A stretch of 38,842 nucleotides of DNA from Candidatus Woesearchaeota archaeon (GCA_018646625.1 JABGUJ010000002.1:62001-100842), one strand, 5' to 3'. Counted from the stretch's first letter, positions 8,677-17,762 are shown. Made by a program: numbers and translations. The notes: generated from the sequence alone by a model not told the origin.

Positions 8677-9534
8677 CTCACCCAGATAGTATAAGAAAAT
8701 AGATTCCGTTCCTGAAGACTTCATGATTTTTTTATGAATCCTTTCGTATAGTATTTCTTTAAGCTTTATGCTGCTTTCTGTGACTTGATTTGATTTATTA
8801 TTGAAGAATGAATTATAAACTTCATCAAATATACTATCGATATGATCCAGAATATCTAAGTTACTTTTGGAAATATTAAATCTCTTATTACTTAGAGATT
8901 TCACTAGATAGTAAATGCTATGTTGTATTAGTAACAGATTTGAATACAAATTCCAATAGTGATTGAATCTTGTGTCCACCATTCTTTTCTTATAGATATT
9001 TCTTTTATTAAAATTATCGTAAAGGTCGATTTTGCTATAGATTTTGCTAAGTTCATCTAGACAAGTTATCTTATTGGTTTCTAGACTTTCTCTGGTTAAA
9101 TTGAATGATTCTTTTATCAAGAGAAACATTCGTCTCAGAAGAACATGTTCTTTCCCCTCGTTTGGTTCAGTTATACTTTCAATAATTAGTTTATGTTCAG
9201 TTTCAGATGTTTTCTCGAATCCAAGCAAGCAAGATGATACTATGCGGCCTATTAGTTCACTTTGTTCTTTGTTTTTATATTTGATCTGAATCTGATCATA
9301 TCCTAAACGATATAAATCATTTAATCTAGCTCTTATCGAGAATTCAGTTTCAAATGAGAAATCAACAGAAATATCTCTTTGTTCTTTTTTTCGTTCTACT
9401 GAAAGAAGTAATCCTTCGCCAACTTCGTTTATTTCTATCTCATCACTTGCTTTAAGGTTTTTCGTTCTAATCCATGTAATTGGAAGAGTCACCGTATACC
9501 CTTGATTACCTTGTTTGATCAATTTTCGTTGCAT
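8614..9534 (-). CDS. Archaeal AbrB/MazE-domain, PhoU-like transcriptional regulator
   Basis: N-terminal RKLIKQG...YTVTLPITW...L...DEI (AbrB fold), LYRLGYDQI and LLGFE motifs, then helical PhoU-like repeats. Confidence 0.8.
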   Translation of the reverse strand: MQRKLIKQGNQGYTVTLPITWIRTKNLKASDEIEINEVGEGLLLSVERKKEQRDISVDFSFETEFSIRARLNDLYRLGYDQIQIKYKNKEQSELIGRIVSSCLLGFEKTSETEHKLIIESITEPNEGKEHVLLRRMFLLIKESFNLTRESLETNKITCLDELSKIYSKIDLYDNFNKRNIYKKRMVDTRFNHYWNLYSNLLLIQHSIYYLVKSLSNKRFNISKSNLDILDHIDSIFDEVYNSFFNNKSNQVTESSIKLKEILYERIHKKIMKSSGTESIFLYYLGELTRLIYVTNVPISCIISINE

Positions 9535-9570
9535 GATTAGTTATTAACTCTCTTTCTTTTTAAAACTTTC

Positions 9571-9616
9571 TAAATTAATATTATTAATATGACTAAAATC
9601 TAAATAATATTATTTA
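9571..9616. promoter_or_regulatory. Candidate tandem operator sites
   Basis: Perfect 16-bp palindrome TAAATAATATTATTTA (9601-9616) and a second TAATATTATT copy at 9576-9585, between divergent genes. AT-only, so chance is possible. Confidence 0.4.
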
Positions 9617-9650
9617 CTACTGGCAGATAATAAGATGATGAGGTGGCAAA

Positions 9651-9956
9651 ATGAGTGATAAAATTGTTAAGATTAAGAAACTAAGAGCGTTTAAGAAATT
9701 ACCTCTTCAGCCAGTTATAGCTGAAGTAGCAGATATTTCTTTTAAATTACAAGATAGCGATCCTAACGCAGCCAGCAAATATAATCCTCATAAGGTTGAG
9801 CTAGAAGGGGATAGCGCTATTGCTTGTGATCCACTTTATCTCAACAAATTTGGAAATCAAAAACGTAGAGGGGATTATCGTTATTTGTTCACAGATGGTA
9901 AGTATGTGGGTTTAGCTAAGCATTACCCTAGACGTGGTTATAGACGTGTTGCTTGA
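9651..9956 (+). CDS. Small basic protein, putative BECR-fold (RelE/barnase-like) ribonuclease
   Basis: RBS GAGGTGG. The C-terminal RRGDYRYLF...GLAKHY...GY resembles both RelE RxGDYR and barnase/RNase Sa RG..R...HY patterns. Confidence 0.45.
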   Translation: MSDKIVKIKKLRAFKKLPLQPVIAEVADISFKLQDSDPNAASKYNPHKVELEGDSAIACDPLYLNKFGNQKRRGDYRYLFTDGKYVGLAKHYPRRGYRRVA

Positions 9957-9971
9957 TTTGTCAGGTAGAAA

Positions 9972-10766
9972 ATGAATAAGAAATTAACTAAAAAACTTGA
10001 AAGAGCAGAGATCGAAGTAGCTAGAATCGATAAAGAGTTGGCAAGATTAAAGCGCTATGTTAAGGAGCAAGGTTTTTCTTTAAGACTTGTACCTGATGAT
10101 CATGTTACTCGCAGAGAATATAGCGAACGCCAAAAAGAATACGTTAATCGCAATATGCCTATCGGATATTCATGTTGTAGTGATGAGGTATTTCGAATAA
10201 AGACATTAGTAGAAGAAGAAAGGCCAGGACATAGAAGAGTAATAGTTTTTCTGAAGGGATTACAAAACTTTTCCGATGAACTTCCTAAAGTTGTGCGGGA
10301 TAAAGACCCGTTCTTTCCAGGAGATAAAGGAATTAATTTCCGTAGTCTTAAGGGTTATAGTCTTTGGGTTCCAAACTATTCTAGAAATGTATGTCATCCT
10401 AGATCAGGAGTAGTGGAACCTCTACGGCCAAATTCATTAGTGTATAGATTTAGGGGAGATGAACTAGAAATTGTTCATTCCCCTGTACAAAGAGAACCGT
10501 TAGGTATTGTGACTTTGGAAACAAAACTAGTATTCTCAGATCATACCAACAGCGATTACCCGCACATGAGTTTTACAAAAAGTCAGCAATTGGAATATGC
10601 TAAGAGATTATTGGGACTTGAGGAGGGAGAGTTCTGTAATCTTAATGGTTATGTTCTTAGAGGTAAGCAAAGAACGAAAGCCAAAAAATTGTTTGAGTTG
10701 ATTGAAGATAGTTCTGTAGAAGTCTTTGCCAGGCCAAATATTGATTTGGGTTATATGGTTAAATAA
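9972..10766 (+). CDS. Hypothetical protein with N-terminal coiled coil
   Basis: Long ORF with RBS-like AGGT. No family recognised. Confidence 0.6.
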   Translation: MNKKLTKKLERAEIEVARIDKELARLKRYVKEQGFSLRLVPDDHVTRREYSERQKEYVNRNMPIGYSCCSDEVFRIKTLVEEERPGHRRVIVFLKGLQNFSDELPKVVRDKDPFFPGDKGINFRSLKGYSLWVPNYSRNVCHPRSGVVEPLRPNSLVYRFRGDELEIVHSPVQREPLGIVTLETKLVFSDHTNSDYPHMSFTKSQQLEYAKRLLGLEEGEFCNLNGYVLRGKQRTKAKKLFELIEDSSVEVFARPNIDLGYMVK

Positions 10767-10773
10767 GTGAGGG

Positions 10774-11937
10774 ATGAAGATGGGATTAAAAGAGATATTG
10801 TTTGGAAAAAAAGAGAATCCTGAACCGGAATATAAACCTGATGAAGAGTGTGAATCAGAGGAATCTGAGAAAGAGGAACCCGAGTCCGAAATACCAGAAG
10901 TTGAAAGTCAACCTTATTTCCCGTCAGGAGTTCATTTAGTTGGTAATAATCCTTCAGGGGAAGGTCACATTGATATTTCGAAGATGCGACCCTGTGAAGT
11001 TATCCCCATAGGAAGAGGGGGACTTGAAACTCATTTAAGTATAATTGGCGAAGATGGAGCTCTTGCAAGTTTCTTTATGGATCCAAAACCTCGTTATAGA
11101 AATAGACTTCATCCCTACATGTTTTATATTTATCCCTACGAAAGAGCCATTTCAAGGTTACACTGTCTTGTTCTGGCCGTTAATTCAATAGATGGAATTC
11201 GTCATCGAGTTGTAGATTTAGGAAGTGTAGGTGGAACTGATATTAAAAGTAGATCTGGAGAAATAGAACGAATAGGAAAACCTTATCCGACAGATCAAGA
11301 ATGGCGATGGATGCAAGTAAACCTGCCAGGATTCTTTCTCCTTCCTGATGACACCTTTGAAGATATGATGTCTGACGCCCTTAGTGAAAATTCATCTTCA
11401 GAAAGGTATGAGCTGGGAAGAAAACTTGCTGCAGAGTATAACAGAGGAGTCTCACGTCTTTTGTGTGATGGTGATTTGATTAGACTTATAAGTAAGGATC
11501 TAGGGGATCACTGCTCTGTTCGTTATATTGATACAAGAGATAATTCAGCTAACGGGTGTGGAAATAACTCTGTCAGACATTATTTAGATGATGAGTTTAA
11601 TTATAGCAGCTTATTGGCAGAATTTCCTGTAAATGAAGGCGTTCATTCTGGAGATGATTTCTCTCGCAATGCTTTAGGATTATATTTGCATAAAGATGAA
11701 CTTGGGGATGTTGTATCTTCGCGAGACCCCTATAAGATCATCGGAGTTAAAGATAGCGACGATCTAGATAGACGCACGCTTCGTCGAGTATATTGTGCAG
11801 TTCTTAATACTATTGGAGCAGATTTAGTCAGTGCTAAATCTAAAAGAGATCCGAACTGGTGTCGTGTTGCTTCAATGCTTCAACAAAAAGTGACTGAATC
11901 CTATAAACTAATTTGTAAAAGACATGGGTTTGAATGA
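10774..11937 (+). CDS. FHA-domain protein with C-terminal J-domain-like region
   Basis: FHA motifs IGR...ISRLH...VVDLGSVGGT. C-terminal DPYKIIGV...LRRVY...IGAD resembles DnaJ helices I-II, with GAD in place of HPD. Acidic N-terminal linker. Confidence 0.65.
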   Translation: MKMGLKEILFGKKENPEPEYKPDEECESEESEKEEPESEIPEVESQPYFPSGVHLVGNNPSGEGHIDISKMRPCEVIPIGRGGLETHLSIIGEDGALASFFMDPKPRYRNRLHPYMFYIYPYERAISRLHCLVLAVNSIDGIRHRVVDLGSVGGTDIKSRSGEIERIGKPYPTDQEWRWMQVNLPGFFLLPDDTFEDMMSDALSENSSSERYELGRKLAAEYNRGVSRLLCDGDLIRLISKDLGDHCSVRYIDTRDNSANGCGNNSVRHYLDDEFNYSSLLAEFPVNEGVHSGDDFSRNALGLYLHKDELGDVVSSRDPYKIIGVKDSDDLDRRTLRRVYCAVLNTIGADLVSAKSKRDPNWCRVASMLQQKVTESYKLICKRHGFE

Positions 11938-11989
11938 TGATTGCTTGCTAAGATAGATTATGAAAATAGAGACTGGTGGTGCATTAAAA

Positions 11990-12409
11990 ATGGGATTGAA
12001 AGACAAATTGATTATGAAGGATGATAAAGGTGTGGAAGAGAATCGTGAACTTAAATTGGTCGTATTAGCTCAATTAGTGAGAACATTATCTCCATCAGTT
12101 GAAGCTTATGAGCCTGCAGGTCTTGTCTTAAAGATGATTTACGAATCAGGGGACCCGTTAGACGGTACATTTGGAATGTATTTTAGAATTTCTGAACCGC
12201 AAAGAGTTGGAGCAGTCTGCAAGGATCACCGTGGATACGGTTTTGATTTCACCAAATCAGATGATGACGGAAGGCCAATGAGAGAAGCGTATCAAGATGC
12301 ATTGTCATTTGGAAGGGCACTTTCTAATAATCCTCGATTTGAGACCTTAGTTGCAGATGGGATCGTTGCAGATCGTTTTGGATGGTATATAACTAAAGTT
12401 GGAGAATAA
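11990..12409 (+). CDS. Hypothetical protein
   Basis: ORF 11960..12409. The likelier start is ATG 11990, after GGTGGTG. Confidence 0.6.
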   Translation: MGLKDKLIMKDDKGVEENRELKLVVLAQLVRTLSPSVEAYEPAGLVLKMIYESGDPLDGTFGMYFRISEPQRVGAVCKDHRGYGFDFTKSDDDGRPMREAYQDALSFGRALSNNPRFETLVADGIVADRFGWYITKVGE

Positions 12410-12456
12410 TTCAGTAAATAAGAGTTCACTAATCTCTAAGCTTTACTAATTTCTTT

Positions 12457-14229
12457 TTATTTTTTACTAGACTGCTGGAGAAATTCTTTAAACAATCCCC
12501 TCTTCCTAGATAATTCAGAGAAAGTTCCTTGTTGTACTATCTTTCCATTATCAAAAACTAGTATCCTATCTGAATTTTTTAATGTTGTTAACCTGTGAGC
12601 AATAGTGATAGTTGTTTTGTTGGCAAATATTCTTTCAATATTTTTTTGAATTATACTTTCATTTGTATTATCTAAAGCAGATGTGGCCTCATCGAATATT
12701 AAGATGTCTGGTGACTTTAATATTAATCTAGCCAGCGCAATCCGTTGTTTTTGTCCACCACTTAGATTGTTACCATTTTCTGCAACCTTTCCATTTAATC
12801 CGCCCAACTTATGCATTATTTCATGATGAATATTTGCTTTTTTAATGGCTTCAATAATTTCATCATTACTCATCTTCTTAGAACAACCATACAATATATT
12901 TTCTTTAATCGTTCCTGAGAAGATGTATGTTTTCTGTGGAACATATGCAATTCTATCTGCAATCTCATCTCTAGTTAAAGAATCTAAATTCTTTCCAAGA
13001 AATAGAATCTCACCTTTGTAATTGTGTGCAAGTCTTAACAATATTCTGATTAACGTTGATTTACCACAACCCGAAGCACCAGCAATTCCTATCTTTTCGC
13101 CCTCTTTAATATTCAAGTTTATTTTTTTCAGAACTGTATCCTTCTTTCCAGTGTAGTTAAATGATAATTTTCTAATTTTCAAGATATCTCTAGCGTGTTC
13201 AATTCTTATTCTCTTCTGAGCTCTGAATGATTTATCAACAGGTTGAGTCATTAATCCGTGCAAATCTTGAACTTTAATTGAGCTTTCATGAGCTTCATCC
13301 AGTATTCTATGAATCTGTCTTAAAGGACTTACGACGCTCATAAATAAAATTGAATAAGTTAGTATATCTCCTTTAGTGATTATTCCATTCACTGCAAAGT
13401 ATATGGAAATACTTACAACAAGAACATAGAAGAATGCTTCATTAAGATATTTTGCTGCATCATAGAATGCCATACAGATATGATGTTTAATCTCAATTTT
13501 TCTTAGATTTTCAGCAATGTTCTCAACTTTCTTCACTTCAATATCTGCAGTATTTGAAACTCTGATAGTTTCTAAACCACCCATCATCTCAACAACCTTG
13601 CCGTCGATCTTTTCCTTCCCTCTTAAAAGAGAAACTCTGATTCCTTTTTGTGATGATATCTGTCTTAGAACAATAAATAGTCCTGCAGGAATAACTAAGA
13701 TCATAAATGATGCAAGAGCTGGCTTTTGATAGAATGCAATTATCAAAGCAGCAATAGCGGCAAAAAATGAAGGGAAAAAGTCTAAGAACCCTAGTTTGAG
13801 TAGTCTTATCAATCCCTGAATCGATCTGAATATTTTACCATGCAATGCGCCAATCTGATATTTATTAATGAAATCTCCAATATCGGTCTTAAGAAGATGA
13901 GCTATTACTTTTACAGTCTGTTTTTTCTCAGTTTGTGTGGCAATATTCTCAACCATGTATTTTCTTAATATTGTGAATGCTTCTTTTGAAAGTATTATTA
14001 CAAGAATTAGAATCAAGAAGGGTATGGCAATTCCAAATGTTGGCTTACTTAACCCAATCATTTTATCAACAAACTTCCCCAGAATAACTGCGGGTAAATT
14101 GGTGAGAAAACCAGTAATAATCATAATTAAGGTGGCAAAGAATAAACTAATCTTCTCTTTTTTGTGTAATCTCTTCGAAACTCTACCAAAGCCTCGAAAT
14201 ATATCCCTCAATTCAGTAAAAAATGCCAT
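12457..14229 (-). CDS. ABC exporter, fused permease/ATPase
   Basis: TM domain, GASGCGKS, LSGGQ, ILIFDEATS, AHRL. Start ATG 14229 lies directly after the rtcA stop. Confidence 0.93.
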   Translation of the reverse strand: MAFFTELRDIFRGFGRVSKRLHKKEKISLFFATLIMIITGFLTNLPAVILGKFVDKMIGLSKPTFGIAIPFLILILVIILSKEAFTILRKYMVENIATQTEKKQTVKVIAHLLKTDIGDFINKYQIGALHGKIFRSIQGLIRLLKLGFLDFFPSFFAAIAALIIAFYQKPALASFMILVIPAGLFIVLRQISSQKGIRVSLLRGKEKIDGKVVEMMGGLETIRVSNTADIEVKKVENIAENLRKIEIKHHICMAFYDAAKYLNEAFFYVLVVSISIYFAVNGIITKGDILTYSILFMSVVSPLRQIHRILDEAHESSIKVQDLHGLMTQPVDKSFRAQKRIRIEHARDILKIRKLSFNYTGKKDTVLKKINLNIKEGEKIGIAGASGCGKSTLIRILLRLAHNYKGEILFLGKNLDSLTRDEIADRIAYVPQKTYIFSGTIKENILYGCSKKMSNDEIIEAIKKANIHHEIMHKLGGLNGKVAENGNNLSGGQKQRIALARLILKSPDILIFDEATSALDNTNESIIQKNIERIFANKTTITIAHRLTTLKNSDRILVFDNGKIVQQGTFSELSRKRGLFKEFLQQSSKK

Positions 14230-14230
14230 C

Positions 14231-15283
14231 TTATTTCTCAACACTTATTATCTTCTTTTCTTCATCAATATTAAACTTTACGTCTAAAAACTGTTCAGTA
14301 ACATAAATATTAGTTAAAGTATGATTAGTTATCTCCGAAACTTTAATCTTTCCTCCAAATACACCCATGTAGGGTATAAGATTATCTGCTAAATGTTTAT
14401 CAACAGGAGCATTTGTAGATATTTCATCGATTAATGCTTTTGCACACTCTTCACCTACTAGTTCTGCTTTTTTACCTTTTTCTCCCAGATTATCAGAGCC
14501 CAGGATTATAGGATTAAGTAGATCAAGATCATCTTGTCCAAACAAAGCCCATAAAGTGATGCCTGTACCTGTACACTCAGTTTCAGAATAAATAGTTTGT
14601 ATGTTAACTGGCACATTATATTTTGATAAGATGTGTTGTGCAGCTCTTGCTTGGCGTTCAGCAACTTCCGCTTTAGATAACTCTTTAGATGCGTGAGAAG
14701 TTCCTCTTATGCATATTAGTTTCTTCTGCTTAGTCAAATCAAGTGAAGGTAAAAAAGCCACATCATCCATAAATTTAGGATGGACATTCACATCAACTTT
14801 TCCTTGTCCTTTAGGATAATAACCTCGTTTTTCTACATTTATTGAGACTGTTGCAAAACGTTTTAGTTGAGGCAGAACTATATTGATTAGATAATCCATT
14901 TGCATAGACCATTTAACATCTGTACCTCCAGTTATTACAAATCTTGACTTTTGTTTTGATAATGATGCAGGAAACAATAAACATTGTAGAAGTAAAGTGA
15001 TAGATCCTGCGGTGCCGATATCTAATTTCACAGTTTTAGGATCATATTTCTTGGGAGTGTAGGTTAATGAGTCGCTTCCCAGAACTGCTCCTTCAACTTC
15101 AGGATCACACATGTCCTTTAATGCAGTAATACAAGATAGATGCTGTGCTTTTAATCCAGGATTAGATCGACCTTTACGAATGTTAGAAATCTCAAATGGC
15201 TTGCCTAAAAGAGTGGATAATGCCAATGCAGAACGTACTATCTGTCCCCCACCCTCTCCATAATTCCCATCTAGTTCAATCAT
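14231..15283 (-). CDS. rtcA: RNA 3'-terminal phosphate cyclase
   Basis: DG..GEGGGQIVRS, IRKGR.NPGLKAQH, GGTDV, RGYYPKG, DKHLADNL (adenylated His), TNH..TN. Confidence 0.96.
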   Translation of the reverse strand: MIELDGNYGEGGGQIVRSALALSTLLGKPFEISNIRKGRSNPGLKAQHLSCITALKDMCDPEVEGAVLGSDSLTYTPKKYDPKTVKLDIGTAGSITLLLQCLLFPASLSKQKSRFVITGGTDVKWSMQMDYLINIVLPQLKRFATVSINVEKRGYYPKGQGKVDVNVHPKFMDDVAFLPSLDLTKQKKLICIRGTSHASKELSKAEVAERQARAAQHILSKYNVPVNIQTIYSETECTGTGITLWALFGQDDLDLLNPIILGSDNLGEKGKKAELVGEECAKALIDEISTNAPVDKHLADNLIPYMGVFGGKIKVSEITNHTLTNIYVTEQFLDVKFNIDEEKKIISVEK

Positions 15284-15456
15284 TTCCTTGGGTGAAACTT
15301 AACAACTTTCTTTATTTTACTCTTTAACTTATCTAGAAGATCTATTTCTTTCTTAAACTCCTTATCTTGACGTTGTAGTTGATTCTTTGTAAATATTTGT
15401 TCATCTTCTTTGACAAGTTTGTCGAAATCTTTTTTATGACGTATCTTTCGTTCCAT
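15280..15456 (-). CDS. Small Lys-rich protein (58 aa), not in the ORF track
   Basis: MERKIRHKKDFDKLVKEDEQIFTKNQLQRQDKEFKKEIDLLDKLKSKIKKVVKFHPRK*. RBS AGAGGT upstream; the stop overlaps the rtcA start (ATGA). Confidence 0.7.
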   Translation of the reverse strand: MERKIRHKKDFDKLVKEDEQIFTKNQLQRQDKEFKKEIDLLDKLKSKIKKVVKFHPRK

Positions 15457-15458
15457 TC

Positions 15459-16151
15459 TTACCTCTTTTTCAGAACAATAATATTAGATCTTCCTTTCTT
15501 TATTTTCTCTACAATTCCTTTAGATTCAAGTTCTGATACAATTAAACTTATTTTTGCTTCAGATAACGGAAATTCTTTTCTTAGTTCTTTCTGCGTTACT
15601 CGTTTTCCTGATCGTTTTATGAAGTTGATAACTTGTCCTAATTCATCATCAAAGCCTTTATTCTTACCATTCTTCGTTCTTACAAACGCAAATACAATAA
15701 CAACTAATGCGCCAATCCATACTATAGTTAGCAAAATTTTAGTAATACTAAACTCAAACCTATCATCCTTAGGTTGTGATAGTGGTTCTTGAACTTCTTC
15801 AACTACGTATTCAAGCTCATCTACTCCAAAGTCTATCTCTGGAAGAAGAAATAAATCTAGTACAAACTCCCCTTCGGTTGTGATTGTAATATTCTCAGTC
15901 GCACTTAATTCATCATCTAGCGATGATCTTGTGGCGATAATATAGGTACCAGGAGATAACATAACCTCATAAGTACCTTCAGTTACAACAATTCGTTGGT
16001 ATGGTTCGGAATTCACTTCCACGATTGCTTTAGGTACAATCTCTAACCCTGCATCATACAGCGTACCGCTAACTTTGGCAGCAAAAACTTGCTGTGTAAA
16101 TAGCACTAAAACTAATATTGCCAGTATCGCTAGAAAATATCTTGATTTCAT
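15459..16151 (-). CDS. Membrane-anchored winged-helix regulator (COG2512-like): signal peptide, extracellular beta domain, TM, cytoplasmic wHTH
   Basis: Signal peptide ending VFA; carboxypeptidase-regulatory-like domain (VSGTLYD...LSPGTY); TM helix; wHTH TQKELRK..PLSEAKISLIVSELE.KG.V.K.KKGR.N. Start ATG 16151. Confidence 0.85.
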   Translation of the reverse strand: MKSRYFLAILAILVLVLFTQQVFAAKVSGTLYDAGLEIVPKAIVEVNSEPYQRIVVTEGTYEVMLSPGTYIIATRSSLDDELSATENITITTEGEFVLDLFLLPEIDFGVDELEYVVEEVQEPLSQPKDDRFEFSITKILLTIVWIGALVVIVFAFVRTKNGKNKGFDDELGQVINFIKRSGKRVTQKELRKEFPLSEAKISLIVSELESKGIVEKIKKGRSNIIVLKKR

Positions 16152-16226
16152 GTGTGTTGAGAACATCAATCCATATAAAAATCTTTTCAAGAAATATTAG
16201 GAGATTATAGCTAATATGCATCCTGC

Positions 16227-16262
16227 GTAAAGTAAAAGAAGACCAGGTAAAGCTTTGTAAAG
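16227..16262. promoter_or_regulatory. Helically phased GTAAAG direct repeats (candidate operator)
   Basis: GTAAAG at 16227, 16247 and 16257 (20- and 10-bp spacing), between the wHTH regulator and the divergent operon, upstream of TATA-like TTTATAAA (about 16310-16317). Confidence 0.5.
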
Positions 16263-16338
16263 TATTAGAACATCTTAACGATCTTCTTTTTTTGTCCCGA
16301 GAAAGTATCTTTATAAAGAAAACAGACGTATTCAGTTA

Positions 16339-16371
16339 TGCTGGTTTGGCACGATTTATGCCGAGCCAACA
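16339..16371 (+). promoter_or_regulatory. 5'-UTR stem-loop
   Basis: TGCTGGTTTGGCA/TGCCGAGCCAACA forms a 13-position stem with one mismatch and two G-U pairs. It starts about 22 nt after the TATA. Confidence 0.5.
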
Positions 16372-16411
16372 GGATGACAATTATCAGAAACTTACGGAGG
16401 ATTGATGTATT

Positions 16412-17755
16412 ATGAAAAAAACAATCGTATTGCTGGTTTTGGCAATGTTTATGATCAGTATGGTTCCTGCAGCATTCGCAGAGCTAACGCCTGCTGAAAA
16501 AAGGCACAGAGCTATTGCTGCAGATCTATATGAAGATAAATTAGATGCAAAAGAAGATATTCGGGATGAAAGAGAAGACCGGTATGACGAGTCTGGTAAA
16601 GATGTCCGAGACTGCATGAAGATTTGTGAAAAGATAGGTAATGAAGATTGCTTAAGGACTTGCAAAGCGAGAGACAGAAAAGAAGATATTCTTGATAAAG
16701 CTGAAGACATCAGAGATGCAAGAGAAGATAGGTATGATGCTAGGCATGGTGTTGAGAAGATAAAAGCATTTAGTTCTGGAAAAGCAATTAGGCTATCAGA
16801 GAAAGAAAAAGAGAAGCATAAAAAACTTCAAGAAGCAAGAAGAGAAAGGTATGCTCATGCTCAGAAACTTTTGAAAGAAAAGCTTGAGAAAGTAAAAGAT
16901 AAATCACTTTCTGAAGATGATGAGAAAACTCTGAAAGAAGCATTGTTTAAAGCAAGAGAAGAGTATAAACTTTCTAAGAAAAAGTATATAGAATTAAGAC
17001 AAGCTTTTGCAGATAAGAAGAAGGCTCTTGAAGCAAGAAAAGCTAAATTCGAAACTTGTGAAGACGATGGAACTTGTGAAGAATTAAAAAAGAAAAACAA
17101 GAAAGATGCAAAACCATATTTGCTTAACACTGCAGATATGATTCTTGAAAAGCTTTACAACATTAGAGCGAGAGTTGTTTCTTACAGTGAAAATCTAGAG
17201 CATCCACACGAGATTCTAGAAAGACTGGATTATGCAATTGAACAAGTTGAGAGTGCTAAAGCAGAAGTTGAAGCTCTGGATGATGATGCAACTAGAGAAG
17301 AACTAATAGGTGCCGCTAATACAATCAAGAAAGCTTGGAAGAATGTTAAACACATTGCTGAAAAGTCACTTGGTGATATTGCTTACAAGAGAGTACATAA
17401 TCTTGTTATAAAGATGAGCGGTTTGTCTGTTAAGTTCACAAAGATAACTGAAGCTTTAGACAAACGAGGACAAGATGTTTCCGATCTACAACCCATGGTT
17501 GACGAATATAATGAGAGAATTGGATATGCTAGAGATGAATTATCATTAGCAAAACAAGCTCTTTACGATGGAGATGCGGAAGCCAATAAACATCTTAAGA
17601 ACTCCCACACATCAGCTCTGGCAGCTCATCAAATGGTCAAAAAGATCGTTAGAGAGATCAGAGAGCTTAGGGGAACCTTGAAATCAGATGATTCTGGTGA
17701 TTATGCAGGTAATACTGCTGAAGAATCCGAGGACTTTGGTGGAGATGAGGAGTAA
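16412..17755 (+). CDS. Secreted coiled-coil/helical protein
   Basis: RBS GGAGG, signal peptide ending AFA, highly charged helical sequence, internal repeat ED.LD..EDIRD.REDRYD (x2) around a 4-Cys motif. Confidence 0.8.
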   Translation: MKKTIVLLVLAMFMISMVPAAFAELTPAEKRHRAIAADLYEDKLDAKEDIRDEREDRYDESGKDVRDCMKICEKIGNEDCLRTCKARDRKEDILDKAEDIRDAREDRYDARHGVEKIKAFSSGKAIRLSEKEKEKHKKLQEARRERYAHAQKLLKEKLEKVKDKSLSEDDEKTLKEALFKAREEYKLSKKKYIELRQAFADKKKALEARKAKFETCEDDGTCEELKKKNKKDAKPYLLNTADMILEKLYNIRARVVSYSENLEHPHEILERLDYAIEQVESAKAEVEALDDDATREELIGAANTIKKAWKNVKHIAEKSLGDIAYKRVHNLVIKMSGLSVKFTKITEALDKRGQDVSDLQPMVDEYNERIGYARDELSLAKQALYDGDAEANKHLKNSHTSALAAHQMVKKIVREIRELRGTLKSDDSGDYAGNTAEESEDFGGDEE

Positions 17756-17762
17756 AACCTAT

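Noticed and set aside
6798..12456. Integron attC cassette array downstream of the recombinase
   Set aside because: An ATCTAAC (RYYYAAC) occurs near 6821, but I found no matching GTTRRRY stem and no repeated palindromic sites between the downstream genes. Most intergenic gaps are too short.
705..14229. Two ABC exporters as duplicated boundaries (inverted repeats) of an island
   Set aside because: They share only generic ABC motifs, and their TM domains are dissimilar. No att-like direct repeat was found.
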